Source of the DNA: Octopus bimaculoides
Taxonomy: Eukaryota
Length of the DNA stretch: 64,000 nt
Direction: 5' to 3'
Assembly (NCBI RefSeq): GCF_001194135.2
Contig: NC_068984.1
Coordinates: forward strand, 104,837,658 to 104,901,657
The translations under genes were made by a program, and so were the position numbers. Below the pieces are notes generated by a model. The model searched no databases, had not been told where the DNA came from, and worked only from the letters and a program-made list of their open reading frames with translations. The first letter of the stretch is position 1. The number at the start of each line of letters is the position of its first letter. Below, piece by piece: positions 14,930 through 28,730 of the stretch.

Positions 14930-16117
14930 CACAATGAAAATGGATGTTGTTTGAAGAAATGACTTGATTGTTGTTATAAGCATCATTGTTTAGTTCTTGG
15001 TCAATCCTGAATGAGCAAACTTATATCCAAATGCATTGCAACCATAACCATCTTGCCTTTTTAGGGACATCTAGCATCACATCACCTAATGTGTTCTTAC
15101 ATTTTTTTTTAAGATGGTCAGGCATCATTTGACGGAGATATGGTTGCTATATTTAGCATGTCAAGCAAACCAATAAAGGTGCCTTCATTGATTCAAACTA
15201 TGAAATTGATGGCTGAGGTAAAATAAGATTATAAAAACCTAGGTCACATAAACAACTTAATTAGAATTCTTAGCATATTGCAAAATTCAATGGATTGATG
15301 TTTGCTATTTTGCTACCCTATTTAATTCATGCAAAAATATATAACCTGTGTATTCAGTGTAAGCTGTTATTAAACATTATGTTTAAAAGTATTTTAAAAT
15401 CTGTCTAACTCACAGTTGTATTCAACAGCTAAATTATATTTTATATGATTTTATTGTAAGAAGAAAAAGAAAAAAAACCTTTCTATGTGAAAATAATTAT
15501 CAGCTCTATCTCACAGATTGAATGACAAGAGTGCTGCCATGAACAGCCAGTATTATCCACTTATCAACCACACTACTTTACAAAGTTATTTCTTCAAGTG
15601 TGATAACTTCATCCCAATTTCATGGAGAAGAGCAGCAGTTCAAGAACTGAAGACACCAGGGGTCTCACCAGCAACCAACACTGAAAAGAATATGCCCATC
15701 AATGACTCATATTTATTTTTCACTTCTCAACACAGAATGTGGGTAGCAGACCCTGGGTTTATATAGCTGAAATGAGAAGTTTGGCATTAATGGTTGTATC
15801 ATAACATGTGGCATCATAGATGTGCAACTTGTCTCCCTCAAAGAAGAAAGGAAAATAGATACCTACCATGTTGCAGTCAAGGCCAATAAGTTTTAGTTGT
15901 GGTGGGAAATTGGTAGCATCAAAGTTTCTTTTAATAACATTGTTCAGTGTATTGAGGGAAACGCTCTGCACTGTGAGGATAAAAAAGTGGGTGCAGTCAC
16001 AAATCATTAGCAGTAGTTCCACAACAGTATTTATGTAGCCCAAAGATGCAGAGACTGAGATGCAAGACAACTACAGTGCATGTACACACATCATCAAGAA
16101 GAGGGCATATGATATTC

Positions 16118-17310
16118 CATCATCATCATCATTAAATGTCTGTTTTCCATGCTAGCATGGGTTAGACAGTTTGACCGGGGTCTGGGAAGCCAGGAGGCTG
16201 CATCAGGCCCCAGTCTAATCTGGCAGTGTTTCTACAGCTAGATGCCCTTCCTAACGCCAACCACTCTGTGAGTGTAGTGGGTGCCTTCTACGTGCCACTG
16301 GCACAGGGGCCAGAGGAAGCTGGCAATGGCCAAGATTGGATGGTGTTTTTTACGTGTCACTGGCACGGAAGCCAGTCAAGGCGACACTGGCATTGGCCAC
16401 GTTCGAATGGCGCTTTTTACGTGCCACAGGCATGGCTATCACAACTACAATTTCCATTTGATTTTCATTTTGATGTTGATGTAATTGACTCAATAGGTTT
16501 CCTCAAGCACAGCAGGTTGCCCTACGATCCAAGGTACTTTTGAATGGGCTGTGGTTGGTTATATGAAACTGGTGTAGGATACAGCTGTGAACTCACTTTA
16601 TTTGCTGGGTCTTCACAGTCACAGCATATCTCCAGAGGTCTTGGCCTTTCATCATTGCGTCTGTGAGGCCCAACATTTGAAGGTCATGCTTGACCACCTC
16701 ATCCCATGTCTTCCTGAGTCTACCTCTACCCCAGATTCCTTCAACTGTTTGGGAGTGGCATTTCTTCACACATCTCTCCTCATCCATCCATAGTACATGA
16801 CCATACCAGTGCAAACCTCTCTCTTGCACACCACATCTGATGCTTCTTATGTCCAACATTTCTCTCAGAGCACTTACACTCTGTCGTGTGTGCACACTGA
16901 CATTACACATCCAGCGGATCATGCTAGCTTCATTTCTTTCGAGCCTACGCATGTCTTCCACAGTCACAACCCATGTTTCACTGCCATGAAGCATGGCAGT
17001 TCGCACTCATGCATCGTATAATCTACCTTTCACTCTGAGCGAGAGGCTTTTTGTCACCAGTAGGGGTAGAAGCTTTCTCAACTTTGCCCAGGCTATTCTT
17101 ATTCTAGTGGTAACACCCTCTGAGCATCCACCCCTACTACTAACTTGGTCACCTAGGTAGTGGAAGCTATCAACTACTTCTAGTTTCTCCCCCTGGAGTG
17201 TGATGGAATCTGTTTTCTGAGCATCTGTGGTGTTTACTGCCCCTGTGCATCTGCTGCACACAAAAGCTATCTTCTCAGTTAATCTTCCATTGATGTTGCT
17301 GCATCTCTTC
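16118..17310 (-). mobile_element. 5'-truncated RTE-clade LINE
   Basis: ORFs 16593-17006 and 17007-17261 (FHYLGDQVS, MLHGSETW, GRGRLRKTWDEVVKHD). (CAT)n tail at 16118. Confidence 0.9.
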
Positions 17311-17339
17311 CAGATGTATTAATTAATTGCATTCTGAGG

Positions 17340-17690
17340 GAATGAAGTTATTGTGAAACCAAATGGCTTGTATTGTCTTGTACTCTAATCCATGCTAGGT
17401 TTGAATGTGTTGTGTTGAATGTCATGGTTGAGTGCACAGCTGTAGGCAATGAAAAGTAAGTGACTTGTCCTGCCTCAGTAAAAGCAGTGGCAGAATGAGG
17501 GATCAGAAATACCAATTTGAACATTGAGGGCAGGGTGGAAACTCAAGACTTCATTGGAACTATTGCTTACAGCCAGTCAGTAAAACTAAGAAGATGTTGA
17601 AGATGATATCTAAACAAGATTGAATGGTGATGTTGAGTTTGTTGAGGAATTCTGAGTAGAGATAGAATAGTTTCCTGTACAGTAAGAAGA
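17340..17690 (-). mobile_element. Highly decayed LINE AP-endonuclease fragment (CR1/L2-like)
   Basis: Weak resemblance in translation (YSEFLNKL... and a DFNVH-like region); many stops. Confidence 0.35.
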
Positions 17691-19949
17691 GTAAAGCAGT
17701 TCTTTAAAAGAAGGCTGGATAAGAATTTAAATCAATACTTAAACTACCAAATATAAAACTGAAATGAAAATAATAGATTACATCACAGCCTGTATGGGTT
17801 AGATCCAGATAAATCCTGATTGAGCAGACAAATGATCAAAGGCATTCTTGCCTTGACCATCCCAACATTTTAGGAGTATCGTGAGCTACATTATTCAATA
17901 TTTCTTTATTATTTATCTGGTAGGGTATTATGTCAGGGAGATTTTGCAGCTATTTTTAGCAGAGTGAGTAATCATGTAAAAACATTCTTGAAAGCTTGTG
18001 AGAGTTTTGTGTTGTAATTATAGCACAAAATTGCTCAGTCCGAGCAATATATGTTATAGTTTAGTAAAGTGAATATGTTGTTATCATATCAATTTCACTC
18101 TCAACAAGGATTACTATTTTGTTGAAATGTTATTAGGACAGAGTTAAATTGGAAATACTAATGAGTTACAAATATCAAGCAGAAAAATTTCATTGGTTTA
18201 AACTAAATATTCCATTGACTATGGTCACTATAAAATGAAGATATCTGAAATCAAATTGGATGGAATAATCTATATATTTTAAATTGGTCTCTATCAGTGG
18301 TGGTGGGAGTGGTATCAGAATTTTGTACTAACCAAGGAAAAACTTGGTCAGAAAACTATGCAGATGGGTAAAGTTTTTATATAAGTAATGATATGACTTT
18401 TTATATTATGTATCAAATTGATTATCACTTTTCATTGTAAATGCAAAGATACAGTAAATATAAAAAATGAGTTGAAAGATAGTAATATTTATTACAAGTT
18501 ACAATAGCACAAACTAAACAATGACAATTTCTTCTGTTTGGTGTTTTGCTGCAAAACAAAGGATGATGTATTCAAAATTTAGAATTCTTTGATACATCAT
18601 TTATTCTCATATTAACAAGACAGCAATAAGACAAGACATGGGTTCATAGCAGAGTAATAAGTAAAACAAAATAAAAAACAGTTTTGCAAGCAGAAAAGTG
18701 GTACAAGAATGAGCTAAGGATAGCTAGTAAAGTTCAAAATGATGAAAGCGAAAGGAGTGGACTTACTGATGGTATCAATTGGAGTTAAAAGACAAGAGCA
18801 AAATTAATATAGTATGCTCATTAATCAATTGAAAAATGACTGATTTTACTCAGTACATATGGAAAATGTTAGAATGTAGAAAATCCTAATTTATATTATT
18901 CAGAATAAATGAGAGAAGAAACAAAGTGTACACTTAAGGAAGATATTATTTAAGGTACTAAGGTACTTATCCAGTGATTTCTGTTTAAAAAAACTGATGT
19001 AAAATAAATGTAATGTGATGACAAATCAGTGATATTTGTGTTGCAGAAAAGCACTGAGAAAGCATAACTTGTGAGAAAGTAAAACCTCAAATACAATGGA
19101 TGAAATATGTACAGGATCACATTAATATTAAATTTTGTGAACTGCTGGGAACCTGGCATTGCCTAAGATTACCTTTGCCTGACACTGTCATTGTCCACAA
19201 CACAACCAGGTACAAAAATTCATTATGGAAAAATTAAGTATGCAAGAAATGTATTAAAATATACTAAGACTTGATTCAGTTTTTTATATATTTTATGACC
19301 TTGAAGTGACTGATGCAAGTTATGAATAATGAACATGTAAGTTATGAATAATATTAAAAAATCACTGATAAAAAAAGTTCAACTGTTTCAGAATTTCAAA
19401 GGTTAATCAAAAAGATGAGTGACTTCAACAAGTATTAATTTGATCTAGAGAAAAAGTATTTTAGTTTGTTTTCTATTAATTATTTTTTAAGACAATGTTC
19501 TGAAAAAGAAATTGTAAAATATATTTAATATGATTGTTTTGTTATGAAAAAAAAATTGAAATAAAATGAGTTGAAATCAAATTTAAGGAATTTGGCTTAC
19601 TACAGGAAAATTAATAAGATCTACTGCTGACAAATAATGTTTTATTATTGAGAAATGAACAACAAAAATATATGCAACATTTTAAGTAAAAAAAATTAAT
19701 TAACTTATTGACTTAAGATAATAACTGACTGAAAAATAATATTACTTCAGGGATTTATTTTTGAAGCGACATTTTTGTGTACTTTTCAAAATGTCTTCAG
19801 TTTGAAGTCAAAGACTTACAGTGAAATCAGTGACATCAGTTTAATAGTTGTAGTTATTATAATTCATATTATTAGCATTGACAGTAAATTCTTTTATATG
19901 TTTCATTGAACATTTATTTGTTAGACTTCTAAAGCCAAAAAGCATCATG

Positions 19950-20745
19950 CAAAGCCATGAAGTCAAAATTTAATTCCCTGTTTCTCAGCCATATTTGTTC
20001 TGTAAAAGGACTTCTATGGAGGAAGTCTCCCTATGTGCTGCCTGCTTTGTATCTAACAATTCACGGCACACACTCTGTGAATATTCTTCAGAACAACCCC
20101 GCTTTTCTTTCCTGGACACACCACTACATACAGATCTATACCAAATGTAGAAGTACCTCCAGGCACTTCAAACCAGTAAGACCACCGGATCTAACAATGT
20201 TCCTTCAATTATCATCAGACTATGTGCTCTACAACTATTCTCTTGCCAAAGTTCTCTCTCTCTCTCTTCATTCTCTAGAGATCTATCCTATTGTTTGGAA
20301 AATTACCCAAAAAGATCAAATCTGTGTACCCCACAGACTATCATCTCTTGCTCTAACTTCTTCATCTCAAATGTGATGGAAACAACTATTAAAACCACCT
20401 TCTTCAACATCTTGAATCACTGTTCCTCCTTAATGATCTCCAATATAGCTTTGAGAATATAGGCTTACTGGAGAGCTCTTTTCCTACATTACTCACCAGT
20501 GGGCCTTTGACCCCACAGAAATTTGATGAGATCATTGTTATTCCATTTGACATCAACAGACCCTTTAACCATGTCTGGTATGTGAATCTCCAGACAAAAT
20601 AGTGTTTCATCTATCTCTTGTCTTTTGAATTGATGATTTTCTATTAGACTAAAATCATCATAGAATGTGCTGAAGAAGTTCTTTATGACCCACACTCTTT
20701 TAACACTGTTGTGACCCAAGGCTTGATTTTGTCCCCATAGTCTTT
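19950..20745 (+). mobile_element. Decayed CR1/L2-type RT, interrupted by a SINE and continuing briefly after 21061
   Basis: LNDLQYSF...TGELFSYITHQW...FDINRPFNHVW. The VTQGLILSP motif is broken at 20745. Confidence 0.75.
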
Positions 20746-21060
20746 CTTCTTCCGCCCTTTTAAAGCTTAGCCAGGCTCATGGATCCGGTTTCCCGGTCTC
20801 TATGGCGTATATGTCCCCCCCTCCCACCAGCTGGACGGGATGCCAGTCCATTGTAGCATTACTCAAGAAACAGGAAGAAAGAGTGAGAGAAAGTTGGGAT
20901 GAAAGAGTACGACAGGGGTCGCCACCACCCCCTGCCGGAGCCTCGTGGAGCTTTAGGTGTTTTCGCTCAATAAACACACACAACGCCTGGTCTGGGAATC
21001 GAAACCGCGATCCTCCGACTGCGAGTCCGCTGCCCTAACCACTGGGCCATTGTGCCTCCA
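20746..21060 (-). mobile_element. tRNA-derived SINE, head type A with a different tail Y; young, with TSD
   Basis: 12-bp target-site duplication CCCATAGTCTTT at 20734-20745 and 21061-21072. The first ~190 nt match the 11690 SINE, then the sequences diverge. Confidence 0.9.
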
Positions 21061-21229
21061 CCCATAGTCTTTCACCTGTACAAAAACTGATATACTTGCC
21101 AGCACCTCATATATACATATACACATACATATAAGTAAGTATATATTACCATAAACACACGCAACATACATTTGTATACATTACCATTCACATATATAAA
21201 TGCGCATGTTTGTGTGTATGTGTATATAC

Positions 21230-21494
21230 GTATGTGGCCTATTGGTTAGGGTATGGCACTTATAAATGCAAGATCTTGGTTTCATTTACCAGACCAGCAC
21301 TTCATTTCGCATTGCTCCAGTCCTCTCAGTTGTAAATGGGTAACCCTGTAACAGACTGGTGAGTTGATCAGGGGAAAACGTTAGCCTGCTCACCTAGCCA
21401 GCAGAGTGCTATCATTCAAAAGCTACAACAATGCGAGGAAATGTATTGAGATCAGCAGTGTACAACAACCAATAGACTGGTTGATCCAATGATA

Positions 21495-21495
<1 letters not shown>
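21230..21495 (+). mobile_element. Older tRNA-derived SINE with a gggtaaccctg..gactgg central domain
   Basis: A-box-like tggcctattggtt; the central domain resembles that of tail Y. Confidence 0.5.
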
Positions 21496-21560
<65 letters not shown>

Positions 21561-22117
21561 TGTAATATTTCCTATGTGTACAGTTAAATGTACTACTGCT
21601 GCTTATGATTTTAGAGCTCCGAAAAATGTTATCATTAAGTTTACCTCAACAAAAGTGGTGTGGTTACTACTGTACTTTCTCTTGTTTTTCTCCCTCTCTC
21701 TGGCTGCCAGCTGTCCAGCTACAAGCATTTGATTGGTATCAGCATAATGTAATAAAATGTTCCCCTGAATGATAGTAGATCTGCATCTATTTATACTATG
21801 AACACTCACTGCAGAGGATGCCAATAACCACAAGGCAAAACATGTACAGGGAACAAATGATATAAACTGCATCTCATGTTGATTATACTTTTTCTTATGT
21901 ATATGTGTGTGTGTGCATGTGTGTGCATAAGTTTGCATGTGTATGTATGTATGAAGTGTATATGTAGTAGTATACAGATTTTATATATTAATAAAAGAAG
22001 ACAGTAGTTAGATGTTGGAGAAATACTATTTCTCCAACTCTTGACTATATTTTTTTAACTAATGTATATATGTATGGAATATGGACATTAAATAGGGATG
22101 ATGCATGCATATACATG

Positions 22118-22166
<49 letters not shown>

Positions 22167-22399
22167 NNNNNNNNNNNNNNNNNNNNNNNNNNNNNNNNNN
22201 NNNNNNNNNNNNNNNNNNNNNNNNNNNNNNNNNNNNNNNNNNNNNNNNNNNNNNNNNNNNNNNCTTTTTCACCCCTCGAGTGTTAAACTAATACATCTGT
22301 TTGCTTTCTACACCACCTGTCTTCGTCTTTTGTTTTGTTTTTTTTTTGTGAATTCTCCCTATATATATTATATATATATATTATGCACTAACAGCACTG

Positions 22400-22831
22400 T
22401 CTGGGTGTGTTCACTGCCAGAGCAGCTGTCTGGCTCCTGTGCTAGTGGCCTGTAAATAGAACCATTTGAGCGTAATCGTTACCAGCATCGCCTTCTAGCA
22501 CTTGTGCTGGTGGCACCTTAGAAAATCATTCGAGCGAGGTCGTTGCCAGTGCCGCTGGACTGGTTCCCATGCAAGTGGCACATAAAAAACACCTTTTGAG
22601 CGAGGCTGTTTCCAGTACCGTGTGACTGGCCCTCGTGCCGGTGGCACGTAAAAGCACCCACTACATTCTCGGAGTGGTTGGCGTTAGGAAGGGCATCCAG
22701 CTGTAGAAACCCTGCCAGATCAGATTGGAGCCTGGTGCAGCCTTCTGGCTTGCCAGTCCTCAGTCAAATCGTCCAACCCATGCTAGCATGGAAAGCGGAC
22801 ATTAAACAATGATGATGATGATGATGATGAT
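22400..22831 (+). mobile_element. RTE 3' UTR-derived element with ~60-65 bp internal tandem units and a (GAT)n tail
   Basis: Three to four units of gtgccggtggcac-Wtaaaa-cacc-ttcgagcg..., followed by the shared RTE terminus. Confidence 0.8.
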
Positions 22832-23214
22832 ACAAAGACTGAAGACTGCATCACAGTCTTCCCTTTTTCATCAAATGTCTGGAAATACTCCAAACAATTG
22901 ACCAAAGTGTAAGTAGAACCCTCATCTGCATCCTCATCATGGACAGTGCTATTTGTACATTTACAGACATTTTATACACCGTCTAAAAGAAAACCACCCA
23001 CAAAGTCACTTAACGCACTCCAGCCTGTAGACCACAGCCATACTGTATCATCTCTCTCTACCTCTTTTACGGTTCTATAATAGTCTTTGCTCACAACTGG
23101 TTGGTCTCATTCTCGACTCATCATTTCACCTCTCATAACTAATATATACCCCTCCCACCAAACCCCATTCTAACATTTTCCTAGTCCTTCCTCCTGCAAT
23201 CTACACCATTCTGG

Positions 23215-23370
23215 AATTACTTCACTGTCCCTATCAACTACTTGTAGTTTTTCCCCCTGGAATGTGATGGAAGCTGTTCTCTGCACATTTTCAGTGTTTA
23301 TTGCTCCTGAGCACTTGCCACACATAAAAACTATCTTCCCAGTTAGCCTTCCTGTGATATTACTGCACCA
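23215..23370 (-). mobile_element. RTE RT fragment
   Basis: CSNITGRLTGKIVFMCGKCSGAINTENVQRTASITFQGEKLQVVD. Confidence 0.8.
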
Positions 23371-23393
23371 TGTATATATATGTGTGTGTGTGT

Positions 23394-23428
<35 letters not shown>

Positions 23429-23703
23429 NNNNNNNNNNNNNNNNNNNNNNNNNNNNNNNNNNNNNNNNNNNNNNNNNNNNNNNNNNNNNNNNNNNNNNNN
23501 NNNNNNNNNNNNNNNNNNNNNNNNNNNNNNNNNNNNNNNNNNNNNNNNNNNNNNNNNNNNNNNNNNNNNNNNNNNNNNNNNNNNNNNNNNNNNNNNNNNN
23601 NNNNNNNNNNNNNNNNNNNNNNNNNNNNNNNNNNNNNNNNNNNNNNNNNNNNNNNNNNNNNNNNNNNNNNNNNNNNNNNNNNNNNNNNNNNNNNNNNNNN
23701 NNN

Positions 23704-23940
23704 GGTGGCAAATCCTGCTGTACTCTTTCACTACAACTTTCTCTCACTCTTACTTCCTGTTTCTGTTGTGCCTGTAATTCAAAGGGTCAGCCTTGTCATA
23801 CTGTGTCACGCTGAGTATCCCCGAGAACTACGTTAAGGGTACACGTTTCTGTGGAGTGCTCAGCCACTTGCACATTAATTTCAGGAGCAGGCTGTTCCGT
23901 TGATCGGATCAACTGGAACCCTCGACGTCATAAGCAACAG
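23704..23940 (+). mobile_element. SINE head A with tail X (5' end in gap)
   Basis: Near-identical to 11825-12049. Confidence 0.9.
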
Positions 23941-25566
23941 CATGTTGGGCAGCTGTCCTTACGTTCTGAGACCAACTTTGCATTTCATCCTTTCAGGGTT
24001 GATAAAATAAATAGCAGTAGAGCACTGGGGTCAATGTAATTCACTCAACTACTCTTGGGTAAGTGTATAGAAAACTGCACCTCCCTGCTAAGCCATGTCA
24101 ACCCAGTGTGGCAGAGCAGGCTCATTAAACCAGTATGATATCAAGCTCAAATTCATGGCCTCCACATCAGACCATGGTTGGGAGAGAGAACATGTTGAGG
24201 CCTTCATCCTACAGTGGACAGTACATAGGCAATCCTATCCAATCCATATATATATATATGTTTATTTATATTAAAAAAAACTGCATAAGGCTAAGGAGTA
24301 CAGGTTGCATGTTTAATTAATCTACTGAGAATTTAAAATCTGTTCTACATCTGTTCTATGTCTGTTCTGTATCTGTTATATAATAGGAGTAGTTGTATTG
24401 CATATAATAAGGTAATTGTTTTAAACTCAATGTTATCACTATCTTTTAATTACTGTATACTTATGAGAATGGTCAATTTTTAACTAACGCCATATAAGCC
24501 ACCAATGTTGGCATTAGCAACAGCAGTCCAGTGCAGAATAACAAACCAAATTTTTAATCAATATAGAAGATTGCATATCAAAGTAGTGGAAAGCTTCCTG
24601 TTCACTGAAATGATAGCAGCAGAAAGAGAATCAGAGAAAGCTTAAATCAGAACATTGTACAATATAAAAGTATAGATAATAAGTCGAGCTTCATCCATTT
24701 ACTTTACTAGATTGATGTTGATATATATTGCAATACTGGACCAATATGCTAAGTTACCAAATATATTAAATATATGAACTGAGCTTATAAGAATGTCAGG
24801 ACAATTTGAAGGAAAATTGTGATATTGATCAGTAAATAATTTCTTATTCAAAGTTTGCAAAACACAGCAATATACACAATAGTGGCATCTTAAATGTGCT
24901 ATCTGAACAGAAATTGCAGTGGTTTTAAAGGTTAAAGTGATCAATTACATTTCAAGATATAGTAAGTTCACACCCTTAGTTTGAACATTTAGTAGAAGTG
25001 CATTCTTTTCCTTATCTCAGTGTGTTTTGTAGATAATGATTCCACACTTTATTTGAAGGTTGACATTAACAATATCCAGTTTTAAAACATCTGCATTTTC
25101 AATTCAAACAAGCATTTCAATTAGTATGGAAAACCTCATAAAAAAAAAAAACGATTGAAAACAGAAGGAAAATTGAGAAGATAGAATGCTATCTTATGCA
25201 TAGCTGAGAGAGAAAGAGAGAGAACAATATTCTGTCACTTTGCCAATATAACATCTGGTACAATAACATTCCTATCCCTTCACAAGAGGAAAACAGTTGA
25301 CTAAAGATTGTATTGTGATGGAAATTTGCCTGTAGATTAACCTGTTCATCAAGAGGTAAATTAATCTGTATATTAACCTGTATATTTACCTATATATTAA
25401 CCATTCATGAAATGTGTTCTCTACAGAATCAACTTCCTCTTTAAGTTCTACAAAAACCATTCTGAATAAAAATCGAGTCATATGCCATTTGAAGCCACCA
25501 TAAACATTAAGACTTAAATTCTTACATAGATTCTTCAACAACTTTAGTTTTGAGATCATCTGAATC

Positions 25567-25794
25567 TTAACCCTTTTGATACTACATTACCTGACACCAC
25601 CCTTGGTTCTATGATACAAATTTACTGTCTTAAAGTGATCTAAATAAAAACCTATAAAAACTTTTTTGTAATTTATGATGCAAACATCAGCTTAACAATG
25701 ACAAAGTTATTTTATAAAATTCTTTATTATTTTCAAAATTGATAGAAACAATGATGGTGTATTTTAACAGAAATATGCTTTCAAAAAGCTTGAA
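25567..25794 (-). mobile_element. piggyBac-type MITE, decayed copy in the opposite orientation to 30200
   Basis: Starts TTAACCCTTTTGATA and aligns along its length to the reverse complement of 30200-30428. Confidence 0.7.
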
Positions 25795-27324
25795 CTCATA
25801 TCTGAATATAACACTACATTAGTGTTATCTTGAGCCCAACTCAATACATGATCAAAATCAACTCCTCTAAATTAAATGTTCATTTTGAGCTCCCTTATTG
25901 AGCACCAGATTATAACTTATACTTTCCTGACAATTGCTGTTACAAATAAATAAATGTAAGAAATCACAATGAAGTCAAACTTGTTATCCTTCAACTTTTT
26001 CTTTTGTTTGTGGCTGCTGACTTATACTCTAGCACATCTCACTTAATGTTATCAATATTATGTTTTCTTCTCAGAATTCCTTACATGAATTCACAAAAAA
26101 ATGTAAGATTAAACATCAAATATCTGAATTATTAAACCAGAAAATTTCTAGATTTTAGCAACAGAAAGCATGTGAATAAAATGAAACATTCACTACCAAA
26201 TCCAGATAAACTTCCAACAGAGTCCAGTATTTTATTCAACATGGCACCATTACCTTCCGTTAAAGTTTTCATTTGATGAGAAATACCTAAATAAAATATC
26301 CATCATATTACCTTAAACCAACCTCTAACAACTTTTATATCTTCTGGAAACATTAGTATCTTAAATAGAACATAATGGTGAAGGCCAGCAAGGTTGCTGC
26401 TAATGTCAACATACAAAGAAAGCAGATTTATTCTTTATCATGGATGAATGTTAAAAATAATTGCTTGGAAAGCAACTATAAATTTATATCTCCTCAATTG
26501 GAGAATCACTACATACTACTTCATTATCATTATTATCATCATCATTATTATTATTATTATTAATATATACAGGAAATTGAAAGAAATCAGAGAAGCATAA
26601 ATGTCTTGAAAATATAGTATTGACTGGAGCAAGTAATAACAGAGACAAAATAAAGACAACAATGTTCAGTAAGAGTGGCAAACAAAGAGTCTGGGACTTC
26701 TATACATTTTGTGTGTGCAGTTGTAGGACACAGAACTATTTAAGCAAATGAAAACCATACAAGCAGAAAACATCGCACTAAAAAGAACAAAATCTCTTCT
26801 CTCCTTTTATTATGTTTTGCATAGTAACATTTTGGATAAATAATGGAACTGGCATTCTTCAGATACAAAGGCTGATTATTAATACACAGAGAAATGAGAA
26901 TGGCAAAAGGAATTTTCAAATCAATCTTGAATGAGAAGGCATTCTTAGCAAGAAGTTTTTATGAGGTTAAACAAAGAATATTACTTGTTGGTAAGCAATC
27001 AGTATGTATATATATATATAAAGATAAGTTGAGTATAGTTTTCTTCTGAAGAGCTGCTCCAGATATATCTTGTTCTCTACACAGCCATTAACTCTAAGGC
27101 ATACTAAATTTCTTGATTAAATGCTTAAATATTTGAGATAAATTATTGTTAATACAATTATAATTTTTTAGATTAATTAATCCCATCTTTACAGATGAAA
27201 TAATAACATTTCAGTTGATTCAATCAGTGATAAATATTAGGGGTCTTATTCCTGGATATATAGTGATTTGACGTAGTGGTACAGTGGATAAGAGTATTAT
27301 TACAATGAAGCTCAGTAATAAGTA

Positions 27325-27621
27325 TCTTTTTATCTTTTACTTGTTTCAATCATTAAACTGTGGCCATACTGGGACACCACATTGAAAGGTTTAACTGATA
27401 AAACTGACACTAGTAGTTTTCTGCTTTAAAGTCTGGTTTCTTTTGGCTGAATCTCTGAGTTATGGTAATTTAAACAAACCACCACTCATTGTCAACTGAT
27501 GGTGAGCAACAAACACAAATACAATGACATACACACATAGATACACATGCATGTGCACACACACACACACACACACCTATCCATCGATGGATGGATGGAT
27601 GGATGGGTGGGTGGGTGGATG

Positions 27622-27675
<54 letters not shown>

Positions 27676-27820
27676 AAGATAGATAGATAGAGAGATAGAT
27701 AGATAGATAGATAGATAGATATGATGAGTTTCTTTCAGTTTCTATCAGCCAAATCCACAAACAAAGCTTTGGTTGGCCTAAGGCTATAGTGGAAGATACT
27801 TGTCCAAGGTGTTGTACTGA
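27325..27820 (-). mobile_element. SINE head B with tail P, internal (TGGA)n/(TAGA)n expansion
   Basis: Reverse complement of the 8990 family; (TAGA)n at ~27625-27720. Confidence 0.7.
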
Positions 27821-28214
27821 TAGTCATATATCATAATGTTTTGACTATGATATTCATTGTGAATAAGAGGAAAAATAAAACAAGGGTTCTACACTTTGTG
27901 ATCAATACTCCTTTATTGATACAATGAGATTCAGTGATTCTGAATATGAATAATTTCCAATAGGTATTAAAAGACTATTTCAGTGAAACTTTCACAAGAG
28001 GAGCTTGATTGAAATGGTGGTGGGAGGTCAGTGTGTGTAAAAGAACTCTGGTAAATGAATATAATAAAATGGTCACTCTCGTAGATTTTGATGTATGAGA
28101 ATTTGAAGGAGGGGATTAAAAAAAATTAAAATAAAATAAAAAAGAAAAGATAGAAAAATGAGAGACAAAGAAAAAAAAACTTTAAAAATACAAGAATAAA
28201 AGAAGATGCATCTA

Positions 28215-28436
28215 TTTCTTTTCTACTCTAGGCACAAGACCCGAAATTTTTGAGGAGGGGGGAACCAGTCGATTAGATTGACCCCAGTACAAAACTGGTA
28301 CTTAATTTATTGACCCCGAAAGGATGAAAGGCAAAGTCGACCTTGGTGGAATTTGAACTCAGAACACAAAGACAGACAGAATACCACTAAGCATTTCGCC
28401 TGGCATGCTAACGTTTCTGCCAGCTCACTGCCTTGA
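28215..28436 (-). mobile_element. tRNA-derived SINE type C
   Basis: B-box (gagttcaaattcc on the minus strand) and gtcgactttgcctttcatcctttcggggtc domain. Related pieces at 28525, 23960, 31140, 38600 and 60050. Confidence 0.75.
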
Positions 28437-28524
28437 AGCTGCATCTATTTGCAATGGATGTGTGAATGTAATTTGAGTCCAGGTATGGATTTTGCTATGA
28501 AGTCACACTGGGGACACTGATGAT

Positions 28525-28730
28525 TTTGGTTTTGCACAAGGCCTGAAATTTTAGGGGAAGGGCCTATACAATTACATTGATCTCAGTGTACTACTGGTAC
28601 TTACTTTAGTGACCCCCAAAAGGATGGAAAGCAGCCTTGGCAAAATTTGAACTCAGAATGTAGAGCAGAGAGAAATGCCACTATGCATTTTGTTCAGCAT
28701 ACTAAGAATTTTACCAGCTCACCACCTTAG
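28525..28730 (-). mobile_element. Second, older SINE type C copy in tandem orientation
   Basis: Collinear with 28215-28436. Confidence 0.7.

Noticed and set aside
15500-16110. Protein-like composition and ORFs 15518-15766 and 15759-16070
   Set aside because: No recognisable motif and stops in all frames; probably an unidentified decayed TE.
21644-21765. Open 120-nt AG..GT segment starting GNILLHYA, as the next ankyrin exon
   Set aside because: Phase 0 does not fit the phase-1 donor at 29851, and the rest is not ankyrin-like.
26245-26277. 33-nt phase-1 to phase-1 candidate exon (ISHQMKTLTE)
   Set aside because: No ankyrin resemblance; chance signals are common in AT-rich introns.
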